From: an uncultured Gammaproteobacteria bacterium
GTDB taxonomy: Bacteria > Patescibacteriota > Microgenomatia > 2-02-FULL-39-11
Length of the DNA stretch: 64,000 bases
Assembly (NCBI GenBank): GCA_964544585.1
Contig: CAZJBV010000003.1
Coordinates: forward strand, 16,950 to 80,949
Direction: 5' to 3'
In this document: one piece after another, positions 9,879 through 20,259 of the stretch
Layout: each line of letters opens with the position of its first letter
Numbering within the stretch: position 1 is the stretch's first letter
Program-made: the position numbers and the translations under genes
The notes under the pieces: generated by a model
Database searches by the model: none
Seen by the model: the letters and a program-made list of their open reading frames with translations, nothing else
Told to the model about the DNA's origin: nothing

Positions 9879-10469
9879 GTGAAAATTGGACAAACATTGT
9901 ACATTACAGACAGAACCAAATGGCGCTCCTGGCTTTCTCAAAATTATAATAAAAAACCTGAGATATGGCTCATCTTTTATAGAAAAGATTCAGGCAGACC
10001 CCGTCTTTCCTACGACGGGGCCGTTTTAGAAGCTCTTTGCTTTGGCTGGATTGATAGTTTAGTCAAAAAAATTGACCATGAAAGTTTTGCCCAAAGATTT
10101 TCTCCTCGCAAGAAAACAAGTAGTCTATCCCAAATGAATCTGGAGCGTGTCAGAGAACTTATAAAACAGGGAAAGATGACAAAGGTAGGTCTTGACGCCA
10201 TATCACATGTCTACGATCCGAAAAAAGATAATAGCAAAAATTTCACCATCCCTCCTGATATTTTAAAGGCAATAAAAGAAAATAAAGCCGCCTGGAAAAA
10301 TTTTCAAAACTTCCCTCCGGAGTATCAGCGTATAAGGATTGCCTACATTCAAAGTAGAAAAAGACATGGCATTTCTATATACAAAAAAGCACTATCATAC
10401 TTTATTAAAATGACTGCCCAAAATAAACACATAGGTGCGGTAGCCGAAAGGAAAAATGAAAAGCACTAA
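9879..10469 (+). CDS. YdeI/OmpD-associated family protein
   Basis: Conserved pattern WRSWLSQNY...EIWLIFYRK...ALCFGWIDS is present. The gene is adjacent to a DUF1905 partner, which is the usual pairing. Confidence 0.6.
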   Translation: MKIGQTLYITDRTKWRSWLSQNYNKKPEIWLIFYRKDSGRPRLSYDGAVLEALCFGWIDSLVKKIDHESFAQRFSPRKKTSSLSQMNLERVRELIKQGKMTKVGLDAISHVYDPKKDNSKNFTIPPDILKAIKENKAAWKNFQNFPPEYQRIRIAYIQSRKRHGISIYKKALSYFIKMTAQNKHIGAVAERKNEKH

Positions 10470-10755
10470 ATATAAAGTTAGCGCCAAAGTCTGGCTTTAC
10501 CAGGATGATAGTCCCTGGCACTTTATAACTATCGAAAAAGAAGACGCTGAAGAAATAAAAAAAGAATACATCTGGCCGCGCCGGGGCTTCGGCGCCATAC
10601 CGGTAAATGTAAAAGTTGGCAATACATCCTGGAAAACTTCAATTTTTCCGGAGAAAAAAGGCACATATTTGCTGCCCTTAAAAAAAGAAGTCCGGGCAAA
10701 GGAAAATATAAAGATAGGGGATACAATAAAAGTATATATTGAAGTAATAATTTAA
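10456..10755 (+). CDS. DUF1905 domain protein
   Basis: Sequence FGAIPVNVKVGNTSWKTSIFP...KIGDTIKVYIE matches the DUF1905 fold. It overlaps the ydeI-like stop. Confidence 0.6.
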   Translation: MKSTKYKVSAKVWLYQDDSPWHFITIEKEDAEEIKKEYIWPRRGFGAIPVNVKVGNTSWKTSIFPEKKGTYLLPLKKEVRAKENIKIGDTIKVYIEVII

Positions 10756-10973
10756 ATACCCCCATGCCTAAATATGTAGCACTTCTTCGCGGAATTGATC
10801 CTAGAAATCCAAATATGAGAAACAACAAACTAAAAAGTGTTTTTTGAAATTTTAGGGTTTATAAACTTAAAAACAGTTATCTCAAGAGGCAATGGCCTCT
10901 TTGAAAGTCAATTTACAAATGTCAAAAATTTTTAAGAAACGATTGAATAAGCATTGCGGCTATTTCTTAAATC

Positions 10974-11675
10974 TTATTTAATTGTAAAATTAGTGATTGT
11001 TGGTAAGTTATCTATAGTAGTAGGTTGATTTGCTAGAATTAAAGGTTCATTACCATTCCATTCAATCTTCACCTCAAAATGCCCGGTCTGGCCATTTTGC
11101 TGGAAATATTTTAAAATGAGGAGCATCTTGCCAGCCCTAAGATCTCTTATATTTTTCAGACCCTCAAGATTAGGTGCTGCTAAAACAACAGGCTCTAGTT
11201 TTCTAAATTTTATCTCAAATAAATCTAAGAGTACAGTTTGATGTGGGAAAATATTTCTCGGTTTAGAATCGCGATGGGTCCATCTCAAAGGCGAAGGAAT
11301 AAAGTTTTTTCTAAAATTAGCACCATTATCATAAACTTCTTGAATGTATATCTCAACATTCTTAGCAATATAATTACTGTCATTTAACAATTCCAAACGA
11401 TAAATCCACTGAGCTGGAAGACTTCGATCTTCAGGTTCTTGATATACTCTCATATCCTCTGTTGGTTTTTCGACTGGTACAAGCCTGGATTTATGAAAAT
11501 ATCGATCGTAATTTTCTTTTATTATTAAAGTCAAAAGAGCAACCATAGCGCCTGTCGCAATAGGAATAAACTCTCCAATTACTTGAAATGCAGATATGGG
11601 CTGATCTAATGCCTCCAACGGCCTCAAGTTGTCCGCAATCTTCTGAAGCAATGCTGATGTTGTTGCATCAATCAT
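10974..11675 (-). CDS. hypothetical protein with one N-terminal TM segment
   Basis: Long ORF on the minus strand with no recognisable motif. Confidence 0.4.
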   Translation of the reverse strand: MIDATTSALLQKIADNLRPLEALDQPISAFQVIGEFIPIATGAMVALLTLIIKENYDRYFHKSRLVPVEKPTEDMRVYQEPEDRSLPAQWIYRLELLNDSNYIAKNVEIYIQEVYDNGANFRKNFIPSPLRWTHRDSKPRNIFPHQTVLLDLFEIKFRKLEPVVLAAPNLEGLKNIRDLRAGKMLLILKYFQQNGQTGHFEVKIEWNGNEPLILANQPTTIDNLPTITNFTIK

Positions 11676-11876
11676 TAAGAATCTATACTATCATATTTGA
11701 GGCTTACAAGTGAGCAAAATCGGAAATTTATTATTAACTATTTTAGAAATTAAGCTTCTAATGAAACAGCCAGAGAAACTATTTTTGAGTAAAACGGAGT
11801 TCGACTTTAAGATTTAAAGCATCTGCCAATTCATACTTGACAATACGGTATGCTATTGTATATACTGTAGACTACC

Positions 11877-12161
11877 ATGAATACCGCCGTAATTAGCACC
11901 AAAATTGAGCCTCAAATAAAAAGACAGGCCCAAAAAACAGCCAAAGAACTTGGCATCCCTTTATCTGTTGTCATTAAAGCTTTTTTGAAACACTTTATCA
12001 GGACAAAGTCTATAGAATTCAGCGCCAGAAATGAAGAACCAAGTGAATATCTTAAATCTGTAATAAGACAAGCAGAAGAAAATCTAAAGCAAGGTAAACA
12101 TTCCCCTATATTCAAAACAGGCAAAGAAGCAGTTACTTGGCTTGAAAAACAGGGCATATGA
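11877..12161 (+). CDS. dinJ: RelB/DinJ-family antitoxin
   Basis: The ribbon-helix-helix-like N-terminus reads IEPQIKRQAQKTAKELGIPLSVVIKAFL. It overlaps the downstream toxin gene by 4 nt. Confidence 0.7.
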   Translation: MNTAVISTKIEPQIKRQAQKTAKELGIPLSVVIKAFLKHFIRTKSIEFSARNEEPSEYLKSVIRQAEENLKQGKHSPIFKTGKEAVTWLEKQGI

Positions 12162-12433
12162 ACGTTGTCTATGACCCCGAATTTGTCAAAAAGCTTAAAA
12201 AGGTAAATGTAAAAATTAAAAAAAGTGCCAAAGAACGCATACTTCTTTTCTCCAAAGATCCCACTAATCCCCAACTAAACAATCATCCACTTAAAAGAGA
12301 ATGGGAAGGATATCGCAGCATTGATATTACAGCGGACTATCGGGCCATCTTTAAAGAGACACAAATAGTAGATGAGATTGTGGCATATTTTGTTGCCTTT
12401 GGAACTCATAAAGAACTTTATCAGAAACCATAA
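12158..12433 (+). CDS. yafQ: YafQ/RelE-family mRNA interferase toxin
   Basis: The 91-aa product contains PTNPQLNNHPLKREWEGYRSIDITADYRAIF and ends in FGTHKELY. Confidence 0.7.
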   Translation: MNVVYDPEFVKKLKKVNVKIKKSAKERILLFSKDPTNPQLNNHPLKREWEGYRSIDITADYRAIFKETQIVDEIVAYFVAFGTHKELYQKP

Positions 12434-12502
12434 ATAAAATTATGAAAATTCTTCTGACATCTCGCGGTATTACAAATGACGCTATAAAAAAGCAGTTGTA
12501 AT

Positions 12503-13042
12503 ATGAAACCGAGAATTATTTATATCCATGGCAATCAAACGACGCACTGGTCTTTCGGTTGGTCGCCTTGGCTTAAAAAAGAACTCGATAAGAAGGGCTA
12601 CAAAACATTTTTTGAAACTTTTCCTGATTCGATTATTGCCAGGGCAAAATATTGGCTCCCCTTTTTAAAATTACATGTAAAGGCAGGAGCTAATGACGTA
12701 ATTGTCGGCTGGTCATCTGGAGCCGTCGCCGCTCTTCGCTACGCCGAAACAAATAAAATCCGCGGATCTATACTCATTGCGCCAAGCCATACAGACTTGA
12801 ATGATGAGTTAGAGAGACAAAGCGGTTATTTTAAAAAGCCCTGGAATTGGCAGAAAATAAAAGCAAACCAAAGTCACATTGCTCTAGTTTATAGCGAAAA
12901 TGATCCTTATATTCCGCAAAAACAATTTCAGTTTATAGCTGAAAAGCTAAAACCCACGATTATTAAAGTTCCAAAGGCGAAACATTTTATAGAGAGAAAT
13001 ACTTTTCCCGAAGTCTTAGAATATATTTTACAAACATATTAA
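12503..13042 (+). CDS. alpha/beta hydrolase, YdeN/RBBP9-like serine hydrolase
   Basis: The N-terminus IIYIHGN and the nucleophile elbow GWSSGA are present. Length is about 180 aa. Confidence 0.6.
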   Translation: MKPRIIYIHGNQTTHWSFGWSPWLKKELDKKGYKTFFETFPDSIIARAKYWLPFLKLHVKAGANDVIVGWSSGAVAALRYAETNKIRGSILIAPSHTDLNDELERQSGYFKKPWNWQKIKANQSHIALVYSENDPYIPQKQFQFIAEKLKPTIIKVPKAKHFIERNTFPEVLEYILQTY

Positions 13043-13112
13043 TCTTATTCAAAAAATATCTGTTATAATGAGGCGATAAAAATATTACTAAATTAATTAA
13101 AAAGGAGATCTT

Positions 13113-13502
13113 ATGAAAATGAATCCGGTCGTTCACTTTGAAATGCCGGCAGCGGATAAGAAACGTGTCAAGAAGTTTTATGAAAATGTTTTTGGCTGGG
13201 AAATGAAGCAGCTTGGATCAGAAATGGGTGATTATATTTTGGCTACCACCACACCAGTTGATAAAAACGGAATGGCAAAAAACCCAGGTGCCATAAATGG
13301 AGGTTTTTTTCCAAGAGGTGACTACGGGAAAGTATCCCATCTCGTCGTCTCTGTTCCTGATGTCAAAAAACATATCGAAATAGTCAAAAAGGTAGGTGGA
13401 AAAATTTTGGGTGAAATTATGGATATCCCAGGGGTTGGAAAATTTGTCATGATTAAAGATACGGAGCAAAACCGCGTCGGCATGCTCGAGCCTACCCGAT
13501 AA
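13113..13502 (+). CDS. VOC/glyoxalase family protein
   Basis: The HFEMPAAD N-terminus and paired beta-alpha-beta-beta-beta modules are present. An SD-like AAAGGAGA lies upstream. Confidence 0.65.
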   Translation: MKMNPVVHFEMPAADKKRVKKFYENVFGWEMKQLGSEMGDYILATTTPVDKNGMAKNPGAINGGFFPRGDYGKVSHLVVSVPDVKKHIEIVKKVGGKILGEIMDIPGVGKFVMIKDTEQNRVGMLEPTR

Positions 13503-13820
13503 ACCTCACATAAATCTTACACTCTCCTTACATAATTAAGTCTCGATTAAGTCGCGATACATTTTGGAATCCTGAAGGAGAATTCTTTATGCCCAGCGAC
13601 GTACACAGACTCCGATACTTTCGAGCCAGATATTCCATGAGGACGTATCATGTCCTCATGAAAACACTCCAAACCGCACTCGTTACCCAATCCTGTTGAA
13701 AAAGGTATACGTTCCTTTATCATAGTTATTCAAATTACTACTATCCCCAAAAGGCGTAAAATTTAATGAAATTTTTTGTAAGCAAGTCTTTCTTGGAGCA
13801 ATTTTTGTTATAATTCAGAT

Positions 13821-14225
13821 ATGAATAATATAACCAATGATGCTTTAATCAAAAAAGCTTCTTCGGTCATTAACTCCAAAAAGATTCATGATTATACTGT
13901 TGGGGATGTTGGGTGTGCTTTGGTTACAGAACAAGGAAATGTCTATATTGGCGTAAGTATTGATGCACGGTCCGGGATGGGGTTTTGCGCCGAAGCCAGT
14001 GCAATTGCCGCTATGGTTACAGCTGGCGAAACTAAGATTAAAAAAATTGTATCTACCTGGAAAGATGGAGAAGAGACTTATATTATATCTCCTTGTGGTA
14101 GATGTAGAGAGTTTATCAGTTTCTTTGACAAAGATAACCTTAATACAGAAGTAATTCTAAGTAATAGTAAGTCAGTTAAATTATCTGATTTACTCCCCCA
14201 TCACCAGGAAGACAATAAAATATAA
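13821..14225 (+). CDS. cytidine/blasticidin-S deaminase family protein
   Basis: Zinc ligands C/H-AE (FCAEASAI) and PCGRCRE are present. Confidence 0.7.
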   Translation: MNNITNDALIKKASSVINSKKIHDYTVGDVGCALVTEQGNVYIGVSIDARSGMGFCAEASAIAAMVTAGETKIKKIVSTWKDGEETYIISPCGRCREFISFFDKDNLNTEVILSNSKSVKLSDLLPHHQEDNKI

Positions 14226-14232
14226 ACGCTTT

Positions 14233-14748
14233 ATGAAAATAAATGAAAAAATTCTTCTCCTCCTTGAAGAACTCTACGAAGATCTAGAATTTTGGTATCC
14301 CAAAATACGGCTTGAAGAGGAAGGAATAAAAGTAGTCGTCGCCGCCCCCGAAAAAAGGGTTTACCACGGAAAAAAAGGAATGCCGGCAGAACCCGATACA
14401 ACACTAGATAGTCTAACCGAAAAAGAGTTTACCGGTATAATTATCCCCGGCGGTTTTGCACCTGATAAACTTCGCCGCTATCCAAAAGTATTAGAACTAG
14501 TAAAATCTTTTGATAAAAAGAAAAAACTCATCGCCTTTATATGTCATGCAGGATGGGTACCAATATCTGCCAAAATCTTAAAAGGAAGAAAAGCAACCAG
14601 TGTTTCTGCAATCAAAGACGATATGGAAAACGCAGGAGTCATATGGAAAGATTCTCCAGTTGTCGTGGACAAAAACTTAGTCTCTTCTCGCACACCTAAA
14701 GACCTTGGCAATTTCTGCAAAGCAATTATTAAGTTTTTACAAAAATAA
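14233..14748 (+). CDS. DJ-1/PfpI family protein
   Basis: Sequence IIPGGFAPD...FICHAGW places the nucleophile Cys in the expected context. Confidence 0.7.
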   Translation: MKINEKILLLLEELYEDLEFWYPKIRLEEEGIKVVVAAPEKRVYHGKKGMPAEPDTTLDSLTEKEFTGIIIPGGFAPDKLRRYPKVLELVKSFDKKKKLIAFICHAGWVPISAKILKGRKATSVSAIKDDMENAGVIWKDSPVVVDKNLVSSRTPKDLGNFCKAIIKFLQK

Positions 14749-14974
14749 TTACTTCATCGCCGTTACCGGTTTTATATCAACCACACTTCTTATCATGCCA
14801 CTTGCAAAAAAATCCTGTATATCACCAAAATCACGAACTTCTAAAACAAAGTAGAGTACATGTGCTAGAGTACAAGCGTACATGTTTATTAGTTTGATCT
14901 TTTTGCTTTTTGTGTCCCACAAAGGTTTAGGTTTTGTATCATTGATGTAGTATAATAATTTGAACTAAATTCAC

Positions 14975-15922
14975 ATGAAAGCAGCCCAAATTAATTCATA
15001 TGGCGGCATCGATGTTTTGGAGATTAACGAAAATGCCCCAAAACCATCCCCAACTGAAAATCAAGTATTAGTTGAAATTTATACTACTTCGATCAATCCC
15101 ATAGATTATAAAATCCGTAAAGGTTACCTTAAACAATTTGCTCCACTTAATTTCCCTACAACCTTAGGCGGCGATTTTGCAGGTAGAGTAGTAGAAGTCG
15201 GAGAAGGAGTCACTAATTATAAAGTAGGCGACGAAGTGTACGGTACAACAATTGTCTTAAGTGGCGGCTCCGGCGCATTTGCCGAAATGGGAGTTGCAAA
15301 TACTAAAAATATAGCATTAAAGCCAAAATCGGCAAGTTATATAGAGGCGGCAGCCTTACCTCTTGCAGGAAGTAGTGCCCTCCAGGGGGTAGAAGGACAT
15401 ATAAAACTAAAAAAAGGACAAAGAATTTTAATCCACGGTGGAGCAGGAGGAATTGGCCACCTTGCCATCCAAATTGCCAAGGAAAAAGGCGCCTATGTAG
15501 CTACCACAGTCAGCGGTGATGATAAAGAATTTGTCAAAAATTTAGGTGCCGATCAGGCGATAGATTATAAAAATGAAAATTTTGCCGAAGTTTTAAAGAA
15601 ATTCGATGCTGTTTTTGATACCGTCGGAGGAGAAACTGATAATAAATCTTTTATTGTCCTAAAAACAGGTGGTATTTTGGTTTCTATGTTAGGCAGTCCT
15701 GATGAGACACTTGCCCAAAAATATTCTGTCACAGCCATCGGCCAAAATACGCATACCAACAAAGATCATCTAAATCGCCTTAGAGAACTTGTAGATAGTA
15801 ACACTTTCAAAGTACACGTTGATAAAGTATTTCCTCTTGACCAAATAAAAGAAGCATTTAAATATCAAGAAGAAGGTCATCCCCGCGGCAAAGTAGTCAT
15901 AAATATAAAAGATCAAATCTAA
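14975..15922 (+). CDS. NAD(P)H quinone oxidoreductase-like MDR family oxidoreductase
   Basis: It shows a GroES-like N-domain and a Rossmann motif HGGAGGIGH. Confidence 0.7.
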   Translation: MKAAQINSYGGIDVLEINENAPKPSPTENQVLVEIYTTSINPIDYKIRKGYLKQFAPLNFPTTLGGDFAGRVVEVGEGVTNYKVGDEVYGTTIVLSGGSGAFAEMGVANTKNIALKPKSASYIEAAALPLAGSSALQGVEGHIKLKKGQRILIHGGAGGIGHLAIQIAKEKGAYVATTVSGDDKEFVKNLGADQAIDYKNENFAEVLKKFDAVFDTVGGETDNKSFIVLKTGGILVSMLGSPDETLAQKYSVTAIGQNTHTNKDHLNRLRELVDSNTFKVHVDKVFPLDQIKEAFKYQEEGHPRGKVVINIKDQI

Positions 15923-16011
15923 CCCATTTTACCCGTTGACAAGCTATTTTTTATCATATATTCTTTCTAAGTCGTTAACAAATCTTCAAATAAAAGGGGG
16001 TGATTTAATTT

Positions 16012-16224
16012 ATGATGAATGTATCTGGTGCAATGGATCATCTTAAAACACATCTAAAATATCCAGCCACTAAAGCCGATCTAGTCGCAGCCTGCAACAA
16101 TCTTTCCGATTTTTCCGAAGAGGATAAAAAGGAGTTTATGGAAAAGCTCCCGGAAGGAACATACAATTCAGCCGACGATGTCATTAAAGCATTAGGCTGG
16201 CAACAAACACCACCTCAAGCTTAA
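16012..16224 (+). CDS. DUF2795 family small protein
   Basis: Sequence HLKTHLKYPATKADLVAACNN...LPEGTYNSADDVIKAL matches DUF2795. An SD-like AAAGGGGGTGA lies upstream. Confidence 0.55.
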   Translation: MMNVSGAMDHLKTHLKYPATKADLVAACNNLSDFSEEDKKEFMEKLPEGTYNSADDVIKALGWQQTPPQA

Positions 16225-16228
16225 TTGA

Positions 16229-17737
16229 CTAGCGAAAATGTAGCGTATCAATCAGATTTGGATCAGATGGTAGAGATAATTCCCTTATGTTTAAGTCGTA
16301 CCTTTCTATTCTATAAGGGTAGGAAAGATGAGTCACAGAATTAGGTTTCCGATCTATTTTTACCTGGGTTTTTTTCCACCATCTATAATCATGTGCCGAC
16401 GCAACAAATAGATACGTTACTGGCTTTTTTGTATTGGAATTCCCCTGATTTCTATAAAATTTTTCCGCATAATTTATTGCATATCTTCCCCTATACCCCA
16501 ACATATCATCTTCAAAAATATAATAACCAAAATCTTGACCACTTTCTTCATACATATTTTTTGCCCCATTTAAAAATAATACCCATGAGTAATGATCTTT
16601 TCCGCTGAATTCCTTTTGCACTCGAAAAAAAGTCTGGATTTGACCTTTCATCACCAATCCGAAACAAAGGACAAAAACGACAAAAAACATCCACTTATTT
16701 ATATATCTATAAAGTGAGGAAAATATTATCACCATTACAGGCGCAAACGCCCAGTGATACCAAATCCAAATTTGCCCCGTATAAAAATATGTGATTACCC
16801 AATATCCAATGTATAAATAAAGAAAAAGTAAATAAAAGTTTTTTTTGGAATTTTTCCTTTGACTAAATATTTTTTTATATCCAAATATAAAAAGCAAAAT
16901 CACAAAAATAGAAATTATTATCTCCCGTCCGGAAATTTGTCCAATACTATCCTTAAAAATAAGAGATACTCGGGAAAAAAATGTTTGCACCGATAAAAAA
17001 TTGAAAGTTTCCGCTTGACGTGAAGTTATATATGTTAAAAAAGATTGTGTTTGTAAAAACTGATGCCGAAGTTCAAAAAGAATAAATGTAGACAAAGGAA
17101 TAAAAAGAATAGGAAGAGCCATAAAATGCTTTAATAATTTTTTCCTCATCAAAAAGTACAATAGAAATCCAACTTGCAAAATAAGAATTGGTATACCAAA
17201 AGCCATTTGAAATTGAATAATTAACCCCACTAATAAGAACGACAAAATAAGATATCTGACTTTTAAAGTATTTATATACAAATTAAAAATATAAAAATAA
17301 AAAGGAAAAATAACTACAGCCCCAAATGTGTTATTAAAATTATGAAGTGGAGAAGCAAAAATAGACGAGTATAGAAGAGTACTTAAAAAAGCGGTCAATT
17401 TATCAAATAATTTCTTCGCCACATACCATAAAACCACAACCGATAAAGAAAAAAGCATTCCCCAAAAAACTCCAATCACAGCAGGATTTCCACCTCCTAA
17501 AATATAAACCGGTACATTTATATATAACCATAGGGGTCCATGGAATATACCTGATATCCCCAAAGTTCTTGGGCCAATAAGAGTAAACGGTTCTCTTTCA
17601 ATAATTTCCTCCAGAAGTAAAAAATCCCGAGCACTATCTTGGTTATAAAAAATATCTCCATTTATAGGAAGCCAAAAGGTAACAAATATGTTGAATATTA
17701 TTAAAAGAGAAAAGAGGAAATATAAAGCCCGTTTCAT
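16229..17737 (-). CDS. polytopic membrane protein, GT-C-type glycosyltransferase-like (PMT/ArnT-like)
   Basis: About 12 predicted TM helices are present. The call is from overall architecture only. Confidence 0.35.
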   Translation of the reverse strand: MKRALYFLFSLLIIFNIFVTFWLPINGDIFYNQDSARDFLLLEEIIEREPFTLIGPRTLGISGIFHGPLWLYINVPVYILGGGNPAVIGVFWGMLFSLSVVVLWYVAKKLFDKLTAFLSTLLYSSIFASPLHNFNNTFGAVVIFPFYFYIFNLYINTLKVRYLILSFLLVGLIIQFQMAFGIPILILQVGFLLYFLMRKKLLKHFMALPILFIPLSTFILFELRHQFLQTQSFLTYITSRQAETFNFLSVQTFFSRVSLIFKDSIGQISGREIIISIFVILLFIFGYKKIFSQRKNSKKNFYLLFLYLYIGYWVITYFYTGQIWIWYHWAFAPVMVIIFSSLYRYINKWMFFVVFVLCFGLVMKGQIQTFFRVQKEFSGKDHYSWVLFLNGAKNMYEESGQDFGYYIFEDDMLGYRGRYAINYAEKFYRNQGNSNTKKPVTYLFVASAHDYRWWKKTQVKIDRKPNSVTHLSYPYRIERYDLNIRELSLPSDPNLIDTLHFR

Positions 17738-18273
17738 TCTTTTAAATCTTTCCCAAAAAGTTCTCTTAGTTTCTCAAGTTTTGGATTTATGACAAATATA
17801 CAATAAGGACTCATTTTATTTTTCTCATAAAAATTTTTATGATATTCATCCGCTTCATAAAAAGATTTGAAAGGTACGATCTCTGTCACAATAGGATCTT
17901 TAAATATTCCGGCTTTTTCGAGCTCCCTTTTATATTTTTCCGCATTTTCTTTTTGCTTATCATTATGATAAAAAATAATGGACCTATACTGACTGCCGAC
18001 ATCAGCTCCCTGGCGATTTAAAGTCGTCGGATCATGTGTTTTGAAAAACACTTCCACAAGTTTTACATAAGGAATAATGGAGGGATCAAATTCTATTTGA
18101 ATGGACTCTGCATGCCCCGTAGATCCGGAATGAACCTGGTCAGTAGTCGGACTTTCTACATCTCCGCCACTATATCCAGGTTTGACAGAAATAACTCCTT
18201 TGAGTCTTTTAAATATCGCCTCCGTACACCAAAAACATCCTCCACCAAATGTAGCAATTTCTTTATCATTCAT
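17734..18273 (-). CDS. msrA: peptide methionine sulfoxide reductase MsrA
   Basis: The active site GGGCFWC, plus GHAE and the conserved YHQ/KNF-like C-terminus, are present. Confidence 0.9.
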   Translation of the reverse strand: MNDKEIATFGGGCFWCTEAIFKRLKGVISVKPGYSGGDVESPTTDQVHSGSTGHAESIQIEFDPSIIPYVKLVEVFFKTHDPTTLNRQGADVGSQYRSIIFYHNDKQKENAEKYKRELEKAGIFKDPIVTEIVPFKSFYEADEYHKNFYEKNKMSPYCIFVINPKLEKLRELFGKDLKE

Positions 18274-18315
18274 ATTAAAAAGTTAAATGCGTTGATTTCC
18301 ATTATAATACTATAT

Positions 18316-19266
18316 ATGAGCATATATAAAATAATTCTCATAATCATTGTAATTACATTTGTTTCATTTTTAGTTTTTAACAAATGGCAAAAAAACGATA
18401 CCTCCTCTTCTAAATTTCCAGAATTTAAAACAGACCTAAGTAAAACTTCAATTGATATCTCCAAACTAATAAGTGGAGGACCAGGCAAAGATGGAATCCC
18501 TGCTATCACCAATCCCAAATTTGTTTCCATAGGAGAAGAAGATGTAAACTCAAATAGTCTAGGAATCCTTTTATCTTTAAATGAAGAGGAAAGATTCTAT
18601 CCATATTATGTTTTAACTTGGCACGAAGTTGTCAATGACAAAATTGGTAATAAAAATTTTGCCGTCACCTTTTGTCCTCTTTGCGGTTCAGCAATTGTGT
18701 TTAATAGAGAGGTTGAGGGAAGAATATTGGAATTCAAAGTCAGTGGTTTACTGTTAGAATCTAATTTGGTCATGTACGATACTCAAACAGAATCTTTCTG
18801 GTCCCAGGTGAGAGGGGAAGCAATAGTTGGTGAATATACAGGCAAAAAACTCGAGATTTTACCATTACAAGTAATTAGTTTTGCAGAAGCTTCTAAAAAA
18901 TATCCCAATGCCAAAATCCTCAGTAAAGACACAGGATATGCTAGAGACTATTCTATTGACCCCTATAGTGGTTACGGAGACACAGAAGAAACTTATTTTC
19001 CTATCTCCATCAAAGATAAAAGATTTAAGACAAAAGAAATTATGTATGTCATTCCCTACGGTGAAAAATCAATAGCTTTTCCCCAAATTAAGTTGAAAAA
19101 TAATGACACAAAGAAATTTACACTTGATGGTAAAACTTTTACCATCCAAAGAAAGGGAGAAGAAATCATAGTTTTAGAAAACAACAAACAATTACCTGGC
19201 TATTTTGAAATGTGGTTTTCTTGGGCCACAAATCACCAGCATAACGGAATAGTTTGGGAATTATAA
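18316..19266 (+). CDS. DUF3179 domain protein
   Basis: The start was moved to the ATG at 18316, beyond the convergent msrA. Sequence FCPLCGSAIVFNR...VSGLLLESNLVMYDTQTESFWSQ matches DUF3179. Confidence 0.6.
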   Translation: MSIYKIILIIIVITFVSFLVFNKWQKNDTSSSKFPEFKTDLSKTSIDISKLISGGPGKDGIPAITNPKFVSIGEEDVNSNSLGILLSLNEEERFYPYYVLTWHEVVNDKIGNKNFAVTFCPLCGSAIVFNREVEGRILEFKVSGLLLESNLVMYDTQTESFWSQVRGEAIVGEYTGKKLEILPLQVISFAEASKKYPNAKILSKDTGYARDYSIDPYSGYGDTEETYFPISIKDKRFKTKEIMYVIPYGEKSIAFPQIKLKNNDTKKFTLDGKTFTIQRKGEEIIVLENNKQLPGYFEMWFSWATNHQHNGIVWEL

Positions 19267-20216
19267 TGTTCTTAATTCAAACTATTATTTATCTTTTGTC
19301 CTTTATCGCGATCTGGCTAGGTGCCGGACTCATTGTCCGCTCAGCCGATAGGTTCTCCCATAAACTTCGTCTTTCCTCGTTTGCAGTTTCATTTTTTATA
19401 TTAGGCATGCTTACCTCAACCCCTGAATTTGCCGTAGGCATAACTTCTGTTGCAGAAGGAAATCCAGAAGTTTTTGTCGGAAATCTCATCGGCGGTATTC
19501 CCGTAATTTTTCTCTTTATCATCCCCATTTTGGCAATTTTTGGCAACGGGGTGAAATTGACTCACCAGCTTAGTAAAAAAAATCTTCTCCTTACCCTAGG
19601 AGTAATTCTTGCCCCCTCTCTTGCCGTAGGTGATGAAAACGTCACCCTGGTAGAAGGCATCATTTTAATTCTTCTCTATATCATACTTTTTTACGTCATC
19701 GAAAGGGAAAAAGGGGTATTTGATACAAATCATTCCAATATACTCAACATTCATTCCTACTCTTATAAAGATATTCTCAAAGTCCTTTTAGGTGTAGCCA
19801 TTGTTTTTGTATCAAGCCAGTTTATTGTAGACAAAACTCTACTCTTTGCTGATATATTAAGAATATCTCCCTTTTATATAAGTTTGATTATCCTCTCTCT
19901 CGGAACAAATCTTCCGGAATTAAGTCTAGCCGTACGTTCAGTCATCTCAGGAAAAAAAGACGTTGCCTTTGGTGATTATTTGGGGTCTGCCGCAGCCAAT
20001 ACCTTTCTCTTCGGATTATTTACAGTGATGAGTGTCGGCGAAACATTTGCCGTCCAAAGTTTCTTCAAGACATTTATTATCCTTTTAGCAGGATTATCTC
20101 TCTTTTATTTCTTTTCCAGATCCAAAAATGACATTTCTCGAAAGGAAGGAATAATACTCCTTAGCGTTTATATAATCTTTGTCATTTTTGAAGTCTTTTT
20201 TGCCACTAACCTATAG
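19254..20216 (+). CDS. Ca2+/Na+ antiporter (CaCA family, YrbG-like)
   Basis: Two alpha-repeat signatures, GNLIGG and GTNLPELSLAV, are present with about 10 TM helices. Confidence 0.7.
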   Translation: MGIIMFLIQTIIYLLSFIAIWLGAGLIVRSADRFSHKLRLSSFAVSFFILGMLTSTPEFAVGITSVAEGNPEVFVGNLIGGIPVIFLFIIPILAIFGNGVKLTHQLSKKNLLLTLGVILAPSLAVGDENVTLVEGIILILLYIILFYVIEREKGVFDTNHSNILNIHSYSYKDILKVLLGVAIVFVSSQFIVDKTLLFADILRISPFYISLIILSLGTNLPELSLAVRSVISGKKDVAFGDYLGSAAANTFLFGLFTVMSVGETFAVQSFFKTFIILLAGLSLFYFFSRSKNDISRKEGIILLSVYIIFVIFEVFFATNL

Positions 20217-20221
20217 TACTA

Positions 20222-20250
20222 TTGACAAGCAGGGAAGAGTGTAGTATATT
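20222..20250 (+). promoter_or_regulatory. sigma70-like promoter TTGACA-N17-TATATT
   Basis: A consensus -35 TTGACA (20222-20227) lies 17 nt from TATATT (20245-20250). It sits directly downstream of the antiporter stop. Confidence 0.5.
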
Positions 20251-20259
20251 ATTTATAAT

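Noticed and set aside
18034-18315. ORF-track start of the DUF3179 gene at 18034
   Set aside because: It would overlap the convergent msrA gene by 240 bp. The ATG at 18316 gives a sensible N-terminal TM segment.
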